From NCBI GenBank assembly GCA_964607415.1, contig CAZSKK010000002.1, forward strand, positions 288,585-352,584: a DNA stretch of 64,000 bases, written 5' to 3'. How positions within the stretch are numbered: the stretch's first letter is position 1; the number at the start of each line of letters is the position of its first letter. A program made the translations under genes and the position numbers. The notes under the pieces were generated by a model. That model was not told where the DNA came from. It did no database searches and saw nothing but the letters and a program-made list of their open reading frames with translations. The DNA is from an uncultured Candidatus Saccharibacteria bacterium (GTDB lineage Bacteria; Patescibacteriota; Dojkabacteria; J137). Shown here piece by piece: positions 1 through 9,918 of this stretch.

Positions 1-251
1 CATCTAAAGTGGTGAGGCTTTTTGATGGAGATGTTGAAATATTCGATGGTTGGTATCCAGGCGAGTGGAATGTTGATGAGCTAATTGATAATGCAATTGT
101 TGTCGAAGGTATTAGATTCGCAAATTTGGAAGATGTTATTAAATGGAAAAAAGCGTTTGGAAGGGAAAAGGATTTAGAACATGCTAGAGTTATTGAAGAA
201 TACCTACTTAAGACTTCAAAAAACAAGCTCAAAGTTCAAAATAATATTTAA
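1..251 (+). CDS. Partial (5' probably outside window) putative nucleotidyltransferase-like protein
   Basis: C-terminal 'LEDVIKWKKAFGREKD' resembles the K-x-x-x-GR-x-KD tail of small nucleotidyltransferase-fold proteins; stop TAA at 249-251. Confidence 0.45.
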   Translation, partial: SKVVRLFDGDVEIFDGWYPGEWNVDELIDNAIVVEGIRFANLEDVIKWKKAFGREKDLEHARVIEEYLLKTSKNKLKVQNNI

Positions 252-283
252 TAAAATCAATTATAAAGTGACATGGTAAATCA

Positions 284-309
284 AGATTCCGGATCAAGTC
301 CGGAATGAC
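284..309. repeat. REP-like palindrome (GTCAT/ATGAC family)
   Basis: agATTCCGGAtcaagTCCGGAATgac hairpin; related units at 54910-54990 and 60867-60936. Confidence 0.75.
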
Positions 310-354
310 GCCTTTTGTCTTTTCGTCTTACGTCAAACGTCCTACTTCAAACGC

Positions 355-2241
355 TTACTTCAAACCCATTTGCTGTTTTGCATAGTCTGTTAAGTTTGCT
401 CGTTTGGACCAATCTCTTTGAGTTTTTGTTAAGTGAGCTTTTCTTAGTCTTAAATTTTGAGGAGTTACCTCTAGAATTTCATCTTTTCCTAAGAAAAGTA
501 GTGCAAAATCTAAAGTTACTGGCTTTATAGTCTTTAGCGCAACATGTGTAATTTCAGCTTGGTTTCTTCTAACTGCAGATTTTTCTCTAGCCTTAACTGG
601 ATTTACTTCTAAATCCGTTTCATATTTATTAATACCAATAATCATACCTTCATAAACTTGTGTAGAAGGCTCAATCAAAAGATCACCTCTTTCTTGAATC
701 ATATTTAATGCATATCCAACTGCAACGCCTGTGTCTGTTGAAATTAAAACACCTCTTCTGAATAAATCGGGCTGTACGGTATATGGAACATAGCCTAATA
801 AAAAGTTATTCATTACAACATTACCTTTTGTAGCTGTTAGTAATATATTTCTTAACCCCAAAAGATTTCTGGTCAAAATTTTGTATGTAAATTTTGTTTG
901 TCCATTTTCCGTGGTCATTTCCAAAAGCTCAGCCTTTCTTTCGCCAAGGGCAGATGTAACCGCACCTTGATACTGGTCCGCAACGTCAATCAGAAGCTCT
1001 TCGATTGGTTCTTTTTCAACTCCGTCTTCTTTAATAAAAATTACTTCTGGTTTTCTAATTTGAAATTCATACCCTTCCCTTCTCATTGTTTCGATCAAAA
1101 TTGAAAGTTGAAGTTCGCCTCTACCTGCAACGTAATATGCTCCACCTTCACCTTTAGTAATTTTTAAACTGATGTTTGTTTCTACTTCTTTTTCTAATCT
1201 TTGTTGAACAAGTTTTGCTGTAACAAATTTTCCTTCTTTTCCAACAAATGGAGAAGTGTTTGCTTCAAATCTAATTTGAACTGAAGGATTAGAAATTTTG
1301 ATCACAGGTAAAGCTTCTGGCTTTTTTGTGTCACATAAAGTTCCACCGATTGCCTTAGAATCAATTCCTGAAATTGCAATAATTTCACCTGTTCCAGCTT
1401 TTTCAACGGGTACCCATTCCATTCCTTCTCTTACAAAAATATTTTTTATTTTTCCTGTTTCCTTAGGGCTATCGTCTTCTTGATTATGAAGAATAACAAC
1501 TGAATCGCCAACTTTGGCAGAACCTCTTTTTACACTTCCAACTAATAATCTTCCAATGTGCTGATCAAACTCCAAAGTTGTAATTTGCATTTGAAGAGGA
1601 TCAGATTCATTTCCTGTAGGGCTTGGAACATGTTTAATAATGGCGTCCAAAAGTGGTTTAATATCTCCTGGAATTGAATTAGGGATGGACATGTCACCTT
1701 CAGGTAATTTTTCAAATGCCTTACCTTCTCTCCCAATTGCGTAGTAAATAGGAAAGTCTAATTGTTCAGCATTTGTAGCCAAAGTTAAAAATAGATCATT
1801 TAATTTATCTACAACTTTTGCAGGATTTGCATATTTTTTATCAATTTTATTAATAACAACAATAGGTTTTAATCCAATCTCCAATGCTCTTTTTAAAACG
1901 AATTTTGTTTGAGGCATTGGTCCTTCCTGCGCATCTACTAAAAGCAAACATCCATCGGCCATGTTTAAAGTTCTTTCAACTTCTCCCCCAAAGTCTGCGT
2001 GTCCTGGAGTATCAATCACGTTAATTTTATAGCCATTATAATTAACTGCAATATTCTTTGCTTTAATTGTAATTCCCTTTTCTCTTTCAAGATCTCCTGA
2101 ATCTAAAATCATTTCCATAGACATTTCTTGCTGATTGTCTCTAAAAAGGTGATTTTGTTTCATAAATGCATCAACCAAAGTTGTTTTTCCATGGTCAACG
2201 TGAGCAATAATTGCGATATTTCTTATATTTTCTTTATTCAT
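355..2241 (-). CDS. typA: Translational GTPase TypA/BipA
   Basis: [19 protein letters not shown]-like [24 protein letters not shown]; start moved to MNKENIRN (ATG 2241). Confidence 0.95.
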   Translation of the reverse strand: MNKENIRNIAIIAHVDHGKTTLVDAFMKQNHLFRDNQQEMSMEMILDSGDLEREKGITIKAKNIAVNYNGYKINVIDTPGHADFGGEVERTLNMADGCLLLVDAQEGPMPQTKFVLKRALEIGLKPIVVINKIDKKYANPAKVVDKLNDLFLTLATNAEQLDFPIYYAIGREGKAFEKLPEGDMSIPNSIPGDIKPLLDAIIKHVPSPTGNESDPLQMQITTLEFDQHIGRLLVGSVKRGSAKVGDSVVILHNQEDDSPKETGKIKNIFVREGMEWVPVEKAGTGEIIAISGIDSKAIGGTLCDTKKPEALPVIKISNPSVQIRFEANTSPFVGKEGKFVTAKLVQQRLEKEVETNISLKITKGEGGAYYVAGRGELQLSILIETMRREGYEFQIRKPEVIFIKEDGVEKEPIEELLIDVADQYQGAVTSALGERKAELLEMTTENGQTKFTYKILTRNLLGLRNILLTATKGNVVMNNFLLGYVPYTVQPDLFRRGVLISTDTGVAVGYALNMIQERGDLLIEPSTQVYEGMIIGINKYETDLEVNPVKAREKSAVRRNQAEITHVALKTIKPVTLDFALLFLGKDEILEVTPQNLRLRKAHLTKTQRDWSKRANLTDYAKQQMGLK

Positions 2242-2344
2242 ATGGTTTTTTGTAAAGCGAGTTATTTTAGCACGAATCTGCAATTTGCGGTAATGACAAA
2301 ATAAGAATGGAGAATCAAATGTAAGTTTTGCGCTATAATTATAT

Positions 2345-2599
2345 ATGGAAGAAAAACGATTGTGGTTTAGGGCCAAAAACTATGGATACGGTTGGTACCC
2401 AGTAACATGGGAAGGCTGGCTTTGTATATTAATCTACCTGGTTGTAGTTTTACTTGCTGCGTTTATTGGGTTTTACTTGTTTCCCGATACTTATGGATGG
2501 GCAATCTATTTTACTACTATAACTTTTTCAACAATACTCCTAATTTTTGTATCATATAAAAAAGGTGAGAAAGCGACGTTTCGATGGGGTAAGAAGTAA
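2345..2599 (+). CDS. Small two-TM membrane protein
   Basis: WF-x-x-K-x-YG-x-GW-x-P-x-TWEGW motif, two hydrophobic segments, FRWG tail; TATAAT immediately upstream. Confidence 0.75.
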   Translation: MEEKRLWFRAKNYGYGWYPVTWEGWLCILIYLVVVLLAAFIGFYLFPDTYGWAIYFTTITFSTILLIFVSYKKGEKATFRWGKK

Positions 2600-2644
2600 C
2601 TCGGCATTTGCAATGTCAAGAAGTTTGTAGAATAATAGTTTTTT

Positions 2645-3487
2645 GTGGATACATTCGAATACAAAGCAAAAAGAATAAACTTCAAAGGATACGAAATTCA
2701 AACTTACGTATTTGGTGAAGGAGATAATGTAATTTTTTCTTTTCCAAGCTACCCTCACTCCGGTCTTTACTACATTTTTTTTACAAAATTCTATAAAAAG
2801 CAAAATTTTAAATTTATTACTTTTGACCTTCCAGGTTGGAGCGGCTGGAGTCATAATTTGTTTAAAGAAGAAGGTTTTGATCTAAATACGTATACAGACA
2901 TTGCTGAAGAAATACTTAATCACTACAAGGTTGATAAATTTAGCTTAATCGGATACTCATTTGGTGGTGCGATGTCGGTATTGTTAGCAAAGCGAAGAGT
3001 TAATCAAATTAAAAGCATGGTTTTGGTAAGCCCGGTTATATTTGGTGATATTGCTAACGGCACATATGAAAAAAGAATGATCAATTTGGCTCACTCCTTT
3101 AGGGCGTATAGCATTTTTACCCATGTTATTAGAAGTCACTTGAAAGCAATTTTACCCGAACTATACAGTTTTATTAGTATGGATCTTTTAGATATGTATC
3201 TTACAATGTTTTTGCGAGCAGATAAAATAATTATGCTTGATAGTGTTTATAGATTGTTCAATTCAAAGATGACCACAGACGATATTTCCGTACTTGACCA
3301 AATACCAAATGTTCTTGTTGTAAATTCGGAAACAGAAGCACCACTTTTCAGAAAACAAGCCGGCCACTTAAGAAGAGTATTAAAAAATAACTCCAGTTTT
3401 AAAATTCGTGGTACTCATGATGACTTTATACTAAAACCAAAAGCCGAAACTGTTCAAAAAGTGATGGAGTTTTTGGTTAATAGTTAA
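2645..3487 (+). CDS. Alpha/beta hydrolase
   Basis: DLPGWSG, nucleophile elbow GYSFGG, C-terminal GTH. Confidence 0.85.
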   Translation: MDTFEYKAKRINFKGYEIQTYVFGEGDNVIFSFPSYPHSGLYYIFFTKFYKKQNFKFITFDLPGWSGWSHNLFKEEGFDLNTYTDIAEEILNHYKVDKFSLIGYSFGGAMSVLLAKRRVNQIKSMVLVSPVIFGDIANGTYEKRMINLAHSFRAYSIFTHVIRSHLKAILPELYSFISMDLLDMYLTMFLRADKIIMLDSVYRLFNSKMTTDDISVLDQIPNVLVVNSETEAPLFRKQAGHLRRVLKNNSSFKIRGTHDDFILKPKAETVQKVMEFLVNS

Positions 3488-3524
3488 TTTACGCCGCAAG
3501 AAGCTTCATGGAGTTTGGGACAAT

Positions 3525-4808
3525 TTAAAAACTTTCTTCAACTTCGTTTCCTGTTTGCATATCTTTGATTTTATATATCCCCCTACTCTGCTCGTTTGTG
3601 CCTAAAATCACTACTTTATTTATCGATTCTCGATTTGCTCTGTCTAAAGCCTTGCCCAACCTTTCTGTCTCCAGTCCGGTTTCAACAATTTTACCTTCTT
3701 TTCTAAGCTTATTTGCTATTGAAAAAACTTCGTCAAACAAGCTTTCGTCAAGAATTGGTATATAGAATTTCTCGCTTTGAATTTTAGATTTTATATTTTC
3801 CAATAATCCCCAAGTCTCTAAAAATATTCTGGTTGTTTCATCACCTGGGGCACATCCAACTGCAGGAAAAGAATTTCCACCAAATATCCCTGCTAAACCA
3901 TTGTATCTTCCACCTCCAAAAAGAGAACGTGGATTTTCTGGGTTCTTATCAAAAACCTCAAAAACCATCCCATCGTAGTAATCAAATCCTCGTATAATAT
4001 TTGGAGTAAATTTAAACCAATCAGAATAGCCGTACTCTGTAAGTTTTCTGGTTATTTCTAATATTTCCTTCATTCCCTCATTTTCAACTACTCCTGGAAT
4101 TGCTTGTATTAGTTCTTCCTGTGATTTGCTACACATAAACTTATACAAATTTTCTATTTGTTCTTGATTTAACCCTGTTTCTGAAAGCCTCGAATTAAAA
4201 TCATCTTTTGTAAGTTTATCGAATTTATCTAAAATTCTTACAACTTCGACGCGTTGCTCTTGGCTGACTTTTGCAAATTCATTCAAGATAAAATCTATAA
4301 TTTTTCTATTATTTATGTTTAATGTGAAACTGCCAACAGGCGGTTTGAATGCCAACATTATCTCTAAAGCTATTACGAGAATTTCTACATCAGCGTTAAT
4401 TGAACTCGATCCAAAAATATCAAAGTTTAATTGCCAGAACTCTCTATTTCGACCTTTTTGCGGTTTCTGATTTCTAAAGAAATTTGCAATTGAAAATAGT
4501 CTAAGTGGTTTTGGAGTTGACTCGTAAAATTTTGAAACCATTCTTGTTACCGATGGCGTCATTTCAGGCCTGATTGCCAGCTCTCTTCCGCCTCTATCTT
4601 CAAAAGTTGTTAATTCTTTTCCTCCAATATCTTCCCCTGACTTAGCTCTGTAAAGGTCTGCATATTCAACCATAGGAGTTAAATACTCTTTATAGCCAAA
4701 GTTTTCACACACTTTTCTCCAAGTATCAAAAATATATTTTCTAATTTGATACTCTTCTGGAATCCAGTCCGAAGTACCTTTTGGTGGAATATTTGTAAAT
4801 TGTTTCAT
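3525..4808 (-). CDS. hisS: Histidine--tRNA ligase
   Basis: RPEMT, FRNQKPQKGRNREFWQ (motif 2), RGFDYY, GGGRY. Confidence 0.96.
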   Translation of the reverse strand: MKQFTNIPPKGTSDWIPEEYQIRKYIFDTWRKVCENFGYKEYLTPMVEYADLYRAKSGEDIGGKELTTFEDRGGRELAIRPEMTPSVTRMVSKFYESTPKPLRLFSIANFFRNQKPQKGRNREFWQLNFDIFGSSSINADVEILVIALEIMLAFKPPVGSFTLNINNRKIIDFILNEFAKVSQEQRVEVVRILDKFDKLTKDDFNSRLSETGLNQEQIENLYKFMCSKSQEELIQAIPGVVENEGMKEILEITRKLTEYGYSDWFKFTPNIIRGFDYYDGMVFEVFDKNPENPRSLFGGGRYNGLAGIFGGNSFPAVGCAPGDETTRIFLETWGLLENIKSKIQSEKFYIPILDESLFDEVFSIANKLRKEGKIVETGLETERLGKALDRANRESINKVVILGTNEQSRGIYKIKDMQTGNEVEESF

Positions 4809-4876
4809 AAGTAAATTTTAACATTAAATATTTTTAATATCTTTATCGTTAGCATAAAATAAATCTAAAACACGCA

Positions 4877-5924
4877 CTAAGGTTCGATAAGGATAGGCTT
4901 ACGTGGTTTATCAGCAATATATTCTGGATTTCTGAGGGGATCTTCTCTTCTTATCCACGGCCACATTATTATTAATTCATTTGCATACATACTGGCTTTA
5001 ATTACTGGAGGCAGTTCATCGGCAATTAGTATTCCTCCCATTTGTTGAATTAGCTGGCCTTGATCTCTATATGAGCGAAATTTAGCTTCAGTAACTCTTT
5101 GAACATCTGCTATTGTCAATTTTTTAAAAAATTCTGGGTCGTATTTTTCAATTTGGTCTTGAAAATATTTGAATTTGAGTTCTGCTTCTTCTCTAATGGC
5201 TGCAGGATCAAAGTTATAATTTGTTGCATTTAGAATTTCTTTTTCCAAATATTTTTCATAAAGTGAAAAAACCCTTATAACTCTACTTGCAGTAGTTGGC
5301 AAAATAGTTTCTTTAGGAACAGCTTGAAAAAGCTCTATCCCATTTTGAACACGATTTTTATTTAGTAATTGAACTAAATATTCCTTATAGCTAGTTACTC
5401 TTGACGCATAAATTTCTAGGTTAAAATCACCCATGTTCGCACCATTTCGCAAAGCTGATTCAACAGCCATCCAGTTATATCCGATTTCAGGTGCAAAATC
5501 ACTATCACCAATTAGTAATACTAATTCAAAGCGAGCATCTGATTTTGAAAATCTTTCGAACATTTGAAATATCCTGGGAATTCTTGAGACAAAGATATCA
5601 GCTTTTGCTCCATTTACGCTGCTTAACGAAAATGCAGATGGCATTATATTTGAAGGGTTTTGCATATCTCTGACATCAAATTTAGGACAGATAAACATAC
5701 ACGCCCTTGGCGTACCATATTCTAATATTTGTGCTTTTACTTTAGATATTATTAAATCTCTAAAATCAATGGGGAGAGTAAGGCTTTCCTTCTTCTAGTA
5801 TACCTGTGGCCTTTAATATATCTCGGTTTGTCTCATTATTGAAAATTCCAGCCATTGAAAAAAACTCACTAGAAACTACTTCTACCGTATTATCTTGTTC
5901 TAGCATTTGATTCAAGTTTGACAT
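4877..5924 (-). pseudogene. Hypothetical protein apparently split by a +1 frameshift (5' part 5924-5766; 3' frame open from about 5795 to 4877)
   Basis: ATG 5924 frame stops at TGA near 5767; the frame of ORF 4877..5698 is open upstream to a TAG near 5797; 5924-5698 = 3n+1. Confidence 0.5.
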
Positions 5925-5949
5925 ATAAAAATAAATAATAAATATAATG

Positions 5950-6022
5950 GGCGAATGACGGGACTCGAACCCGCAATTTCTTATTTCACAGATAAGCGCT
6001 TTACCATTAAGCTACATCCGCC
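5950..6022 (-). tRNA. tRNA-His (GTG)
   Basis: Cloverleaf G-1 GCGGATG...CTTAT-CTGTGAA-ATAAG...GGTTCGAGTCCC...CATTCGC-C73; G-1:C73 identity pair; CCA not fully encoded. Confidence 0.95.
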
Positions 6023-6049
6023 AAAAATTTCATAGAGAGTTTGCATAGC

Positions 6050-6076
6050 AAAAACCCTCCAGTTGGAGGGTTAAAA
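6050..6076. terminator. Intrinsic terminator-like hairpin after yerC-like gene
   Basis: aaaaaCCCTCCAgtTGGAGGGtt; T-run on minus strand. Confidence 0.6.
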
Positions 6077-6111
6077 ATCACTTAAGATTCTTCGGTTGAA
6101 ATAATCTAACC

Positions 6112-6417
6112 TTACCCTCCTTTATGAGGGCTATGATGTTTAGAAATTCTGCTTAAAACTGTTAAATATCCATCTTCACCTCTTTTTAACCATTGGTTCA
6201 CTCTTGTTACTGTTGCAATACTTACACCTGTTTCTTTTGAAACAGTTCTTTGAGTCTTGCCAGCATAAAGCTCTTGGGCTACTTCAAATCTTGCTGCAAA
6301 TTCTTCAATTTCAGATTCAGTCATAAGATCACGGCAAAAATTCGCTACTTCATCTTCAGTTTTAAGCGATAAAAATGCATTAAATAATTTTTTAGTTTTT
6401 GTATTTTTCCATTTCAT
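6112..6417 (-). CDS. TrpR-like repressor, YerC/YecD family
   Basis: DLMT-x-x-E...R-x-x-VA...G-x-TQR...GVSIATVTRV...GY signature. Confidence 0.9.
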   Translation of the reverse strand: MKWKNTKTKKLFNAFLSLKTEDEVANFCRDLMTESEIEEFAARFEVAQELYAGKTQRTVSKETGVSIATVTRVNQWLKRGEDGYLTVLSRISKHHSPHKGG

Positions 6418-6419
6418 GA

Positions 6420-6454
6420 CAATGTATTATTACATTAATACATTGAGTTGTCAA
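6420..6454 (-). promoter_or_regulatory. Sigma70 promoter with overlapping 26-bp palindromic operator
   Basis: TTGACA (6454-6449), -10-like TAATAA/AATAAT; perfect IR CAATGTATTA-N6-TAATACATTG at 6420-6445. Confidence 0.65.
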
Positions 6455-6456
6455 GA

Positions 6457-6486
6457 ACAAGGCGAAACGCTAGCGTTTCGCCTTGT
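6457..6486. terminator. Long perfect hairpin after gene 6496-6960
   Basis: ACAAGGCGAAACGC-ta-GCGTTTCGCCTTGT. Confidence 0.6.
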
Positions 6487-6495
6487 TGGTACAAC

Positions 6496-6960
6496 TTATT
6501 TAATTACACCACAAAAATCATAAGTACCCAAATCTTCTGCAGATCTATGACCTGTGATTATATGATTACCGTCATTAATATCATCAAGATTAAGATCCAC
6601 CAATGATGTTGATCTTCCATTTACTACATTTGTTAGGTTTACAATAATGGCACCTGGTGCTTCACAGCTTCCAACGTGAATATGAACAGGTTGAAGTGTG
6701 TCAGGATTATTTACAAGGCTAAGTTCTACCGAAAGCTTGCCCTCTTGTTCTTCTAAGATAGCAGTTCCATATTGATTTATAACACTTTGAGAGTTTAAAT
6801 CTATTCTCAATGAATCGTTATCGTCAATAGAGGTTTCCTGTTCCTCGTTTGTAGAGCTATCGGAATCATCATCTTTCAAGAAAAAGAAATATACTGCAGC
6901 TGAAGTTACTGCGATTACTAAGAGAATTAGTATAGCACCTAACACCGTTTTGTTTCGCAT
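6496..6960 (-). CDS. Membrane-anchored protein with CHRD/SOD-like His-rich domain
   Basis: N-terminal TM, acidic linker, QPVHIH-x-GSC, H...CG motif. Confidence 0.6.
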   Translation of the reverse strand: MRNKTVLGAILILLVIAVTSAAVYFFFLKDDDSDSSTNEEQETSIDDNDSLRIDLNSQSVINQYGTAILEEQEGKLSVELSLVNNPDTLQPVHIHVGSCEAPGAIIVNLTNVVNGRSTSLVDLNLDDINDGNHIITGHRSAEDLGTYDFCGVIK

Positions 6961-7156
6961 TTAGAAAAACATAAAAAGTAAATTAGGTACTTACAAGTTA
7001 GCACACAAAAGGTAAAGAGGTAAAGAGCTACGCAGGTAATGGACTGAAGAGGTAGAGAGCTGCAGAGCAAAGCTGTTAGTTAAAATGTTTAAACGTTAAA
7101 ACGTTGCAACCTTATAACTTTGAAACTATCCATTTCTATTCTTAATTCTTGATTCT

Positions 7157-8086
7157 TTAATCTTTTTTTAATTTCGCTACAAAAAATCCAGTATAATTTT
7201 CGTTAGGAAGAATACGGACTGCTTTTGAAATGCTATCGTCGAACTTATCCTTTCCAAATAAGGTTAAGGCAGGAATTTGATTTTGAATTTCAAATTTTAC
7301 CTTTTGCACTTTACACTTTTTGTTCTTTTTTAATATCCAGTCCAGAACTTTCTCGTTTTCTTCCGCGCTATAAGTGCAAGTTGAGTAGACTATTTCTCCT
7401 CCAGATTTGCATAACTGAACTGCTGCGTTTAATAAACCCTTTTGAAGTTTAGAATAATTTTTTGCATTTGAGCTTCTCCAAAATTGATGCCAGTTTTTAT
7501 TATTTAAATCAATATTTACTTCGTTTGAACATGGCGCATCAACTAGAACCTTATCAAAGTAATTTAAAAACTCTGTGAATTTATGCGGCAATAATTTAGC
7601 GTCTACGTTTAAAGTTCTAACATTATCAGCACCAAAGTTTTCTAGTAGCCTATTGAGTTTAAAAAACCTATCTCTACTCTTCTCTACTGCAATTATTTCG
7701 GATTCTTTTTTTGTGAAACAAGACATTAAGATAGTTTTACTTCCTGGTGACGCACATAGATCTAAAATTTTCTCATCCTTTTTAGGATCCAAAGCTAAAA
7801 CTGGAAGCATACTGCTAAGCTGTTGAATATAAATTTTATTTTCTAAAAAAGCTTTTGATTCGGATAATTTCTTTTCAGAAGTACTTATGTATGAATTGGG
7901 TAAACCTGCTTCAATTACTTTATATCCTTCAGTATTTAGTTCTTGCAAAACTTGTTCTGGTTTATACTGGTTAATGTTTATAAAGAAAGTAAATGGCTTT
8001 TTTGATTCGTGTGTTTTTAAAATAGAAGAAAAATTAGCTCCGTAGATGTCTTTTAGTTTTTGAGTAAATTGTTCAGTTTTGGTCAT
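7157..8086 (-). CDS. RsmB/RsmF (NOL1/NOP2/Sun) RNA m5C methyltransferase
   Basis: LDLCASPGSKT, DAPCS, YSTCT, GFFVAKL. Confidence 0.93.
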   Translation of the reverse strand: MTKTEQFTQKLKDIYGANFSSILKTHESKKPFTFFININQYKPEQVLQELNTEGYKVIEAGLPNSYISTSEKKLSESKAFLENKIYIQQLSSMLPVLALDPKKDEKILDLCASPGSKTILMSCFTKKESEIIAVEKSRDRFFKLNRLLENFGADNVRTLNVDAKLLPHKFTEFLNYFDKVLVDAPCSNEVNIDLNNKNWHQFWRSSNAKNYSKLQKGLLNAAVQLCKSGGEIVYSTCTYSAEENEKVLDWILKKNKKCKVQKVKFEIQNQIPALTLFGKDKFDDSISKAVRILPNENYTGFFVAKLKKD

Positions 8087-8097
8087 AAAAGTTTAAT

Positions 8098-8170
8098 AAC
8101 CCCTCCTGCCAGCTTCGCTGCCTCCTCCCCTTTGATTAAAGGGGAGGTGACTCGAAGAGTCGGAGGGGTT
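8098..8170. repeat. Palindromic multi-hairpin element (CCTCTCC/GGAGAGG-type family)
   Basis: 9-bp terminal IR AACCCCTCC/GGAGGGGTT enclosing hairpins CAGC-ttc-GCTG, CTCCCCTTT-gatt-AAAGGGGAG and GACTC-gaa-GAGTC. Confidence 0.8.
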
Positions 8171-8958
8171 CATCCAAAATTTTTTGCATCCTTCCACAAA
8201 ACTTCAAAAATCTGCTTTTGAAACTTTGCTATCTTTTCGTTATAAATTTCTACACCCCAAATCTCATTTTCATGCCAGCTATAAAAAGACAACACTTCAT
8301 CATAAATATCGCTTTGATAAGAAATATCAATAACATCTTTTGGTAGATATTTTGTTTGAATGTAAGTGTTTGGAAATGAGGAAATCACCATTCCTACGTT
8401 TTTTACACTTTCTATATAAGAATCGCTAATTATATCTCTAAACTTAATTCTTCTAATCAATATCTCTTCCTCCCACTTTTTTGCAAAATCCTCTCCTACG
8501 ATCTCTGAAAGGCTTCTAAAGCTATATCCAACTATCTCACTCTTAGCTTTAAGAGTATTCCAAACCATTTGTTTAATTCCTTCTACCCCTTTATACATAA
8601 GCACCTTTGTACCAGGCTGAGAAATAGAAGTATTGTAAGTAATTAGACTTTGAATTTGCGGCAACGTTTCCTTTAAAAATTTTACTTTGTCTTCTTGCTC
8701 TTTCACTAGCATTTCAAGTTTATGGGTTCCTACAGGGTACAAAACTTTTTTGTTAAATTTTAAAACTTCTTCTATAACACCAATCCCTTTAAGCCTTTCA
8801 ACAATTCTGTAAGTAGTCGTTCTAGGAAGTTTAGATTCTTTGGAGATTTCAAGGACAGTAAGGCCTCCCTTATCAACAAGGTCAAAATAAATTTGAGCCT
8901 CTGTAAAGTCTAAGCCTAGAAAAGTTAGAAATTTTAGAACAACATCTGCGTTTTTCAT
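8170..8958 (-). CDS. TrmB-family transcriptional regulator
   Basis: LGL...EAQIY...LPRTTTY wHTH; Y-x-G-x-EG C-terminal domain. Confidence 0.88.
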   Translation of the reverse strand: MKNADVVLKFLTFLGLDFTEAQIYFDLVDKGGLTVLEISKESKLPRTTTYRIVERLKGIGVIEEVLKFNKKVLYPVGTHKLEMLVKEQEDKVKFLKETLPQIQSLITYNTSISQPGTKVLMYKGVEGIKQMVWNTLKAKSEIVGYSFRSLSEIVGEDFAKKWEEEILIRRIKFRDIISDSYIESVKNVGMVISSFPNTYIQTKYLPKDVIDISYQSDIYDEVLSFYSWHENEIWGVEIYNEKIAKFQKQIFEVLWKDAKNFG

Positions 8959-9098
8959 AAATATTGACCACTATTTGGACATCAAGTTTATTATAACTCC
9001 TGGTATTGATAAAATAAAGCATCAATTTGTCCAGAAATTGTTAATTCATTTATGTGTTATCGAGTTTACGTTTCTAAATTAATCTTTAAAACCATGTA

Positions 9099-9830
9099 AT
9101 GATCGATTCTTACAACAAAATATTTAAAACTGTAAATAATGTCCTAGTTGTGCTTGCACATCCGGATGATGCGGAAGTTGTTTGTGGTGGATTGATTTCT
9201 AGGCTTACGGCTGATAATAAACATGTGCGTCTGATAGTTACAACAAATGGTGGGAAAGGTATGCAAAATAAGAAAAATATTAACGAGGATGACTTTGGAA
9301 AAATGAGAACTTTAGAACAGTTAAATGCTGGGAAAATATTGGGTATCAACGAAAACAATAACTTCAACTTAAATCTTCCGGACGGTGAAGTGGAAACTAG
9401 CATTGTCAATATTGAGAAGGTTGTTTTTCATATACGAGATTTTAAGCCAGATATTATAATAACTCACAATCCACAGGACTATATTATTAAATTTGATCCA
9501 AAAGTTCATTGGGTTAATCACAGAGATCATAGAAATACAGCACAAATTACTTTGGATGCAATGTATCCGTATTCTAGAGACCGCGGATTTTTTCCAAACC
9601 ATTTTAAAAAAGGATTGGAGCCACATAAGGTTACTAAAGTGCTGCTAGCCGATTCGTATAGCAACGAACTTGTTTCTTATTTTGACATAAGTGGTTTTAC
9701 TGAAACAAAAGTGAAAGCACTTATGCACCATCCAAGTGCAATAAATCCAGCCCATGCTAATGATTACCTTGAAGAAAATCTAATTGGTGGAAGATATTAC
9801 GAATCACTTCTCTACACAGAAATTTACTAG
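9099..9830 (+). CDS. PIG-L/LmbE family deacetylase
   Basis: AHPDD, HRDH motifs. Confidence 0.92.
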   Translation: MIDSYNKIFKTVNNVLVVLAHPDDAEVVCGGLISRLTADNKHVRLIVTTNGGKGMQNKKNINEDDFGKMRTLEQLNAGKILGINENNNFNLNLPDGEVETSIVNIEKVVFHIRDFKPDIIITHNPQDYIIKFDPKVHWVNHRDHRNTAQITLDAMYPYSRDRGFFPNHFKKGLEPHKVTKVLLADSYSNELVSYFDISGFTETKVKALMHHPSAINPAHANDYLEENLIGGRYYESLLYTEIY

Positions 9831-9918
9831 TACATGATTTTAGAATTTAGGATTTCTAGCTATTGCTCTAACGCTCTTTTACTCCCTACCTCTTCACCTC
9901 TAAACCTCTATCGCTCGC

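Noticed and set aside
2242-2376. N-terminal extensions given by the ORF track for typA (also the LOG fusion, csoR-like gene, MFS 46209, SIMPL and M16)
   Set aside because: The extensions overlap neighbouring genes, promoters or repeats; downstream ATGs match the family starts
5855-5866. T7 tract as a phase-variable cause of the frameshift in the gene before hisS
   Set aside because: Deleting one T there runs into a TAA before reaching the long frame
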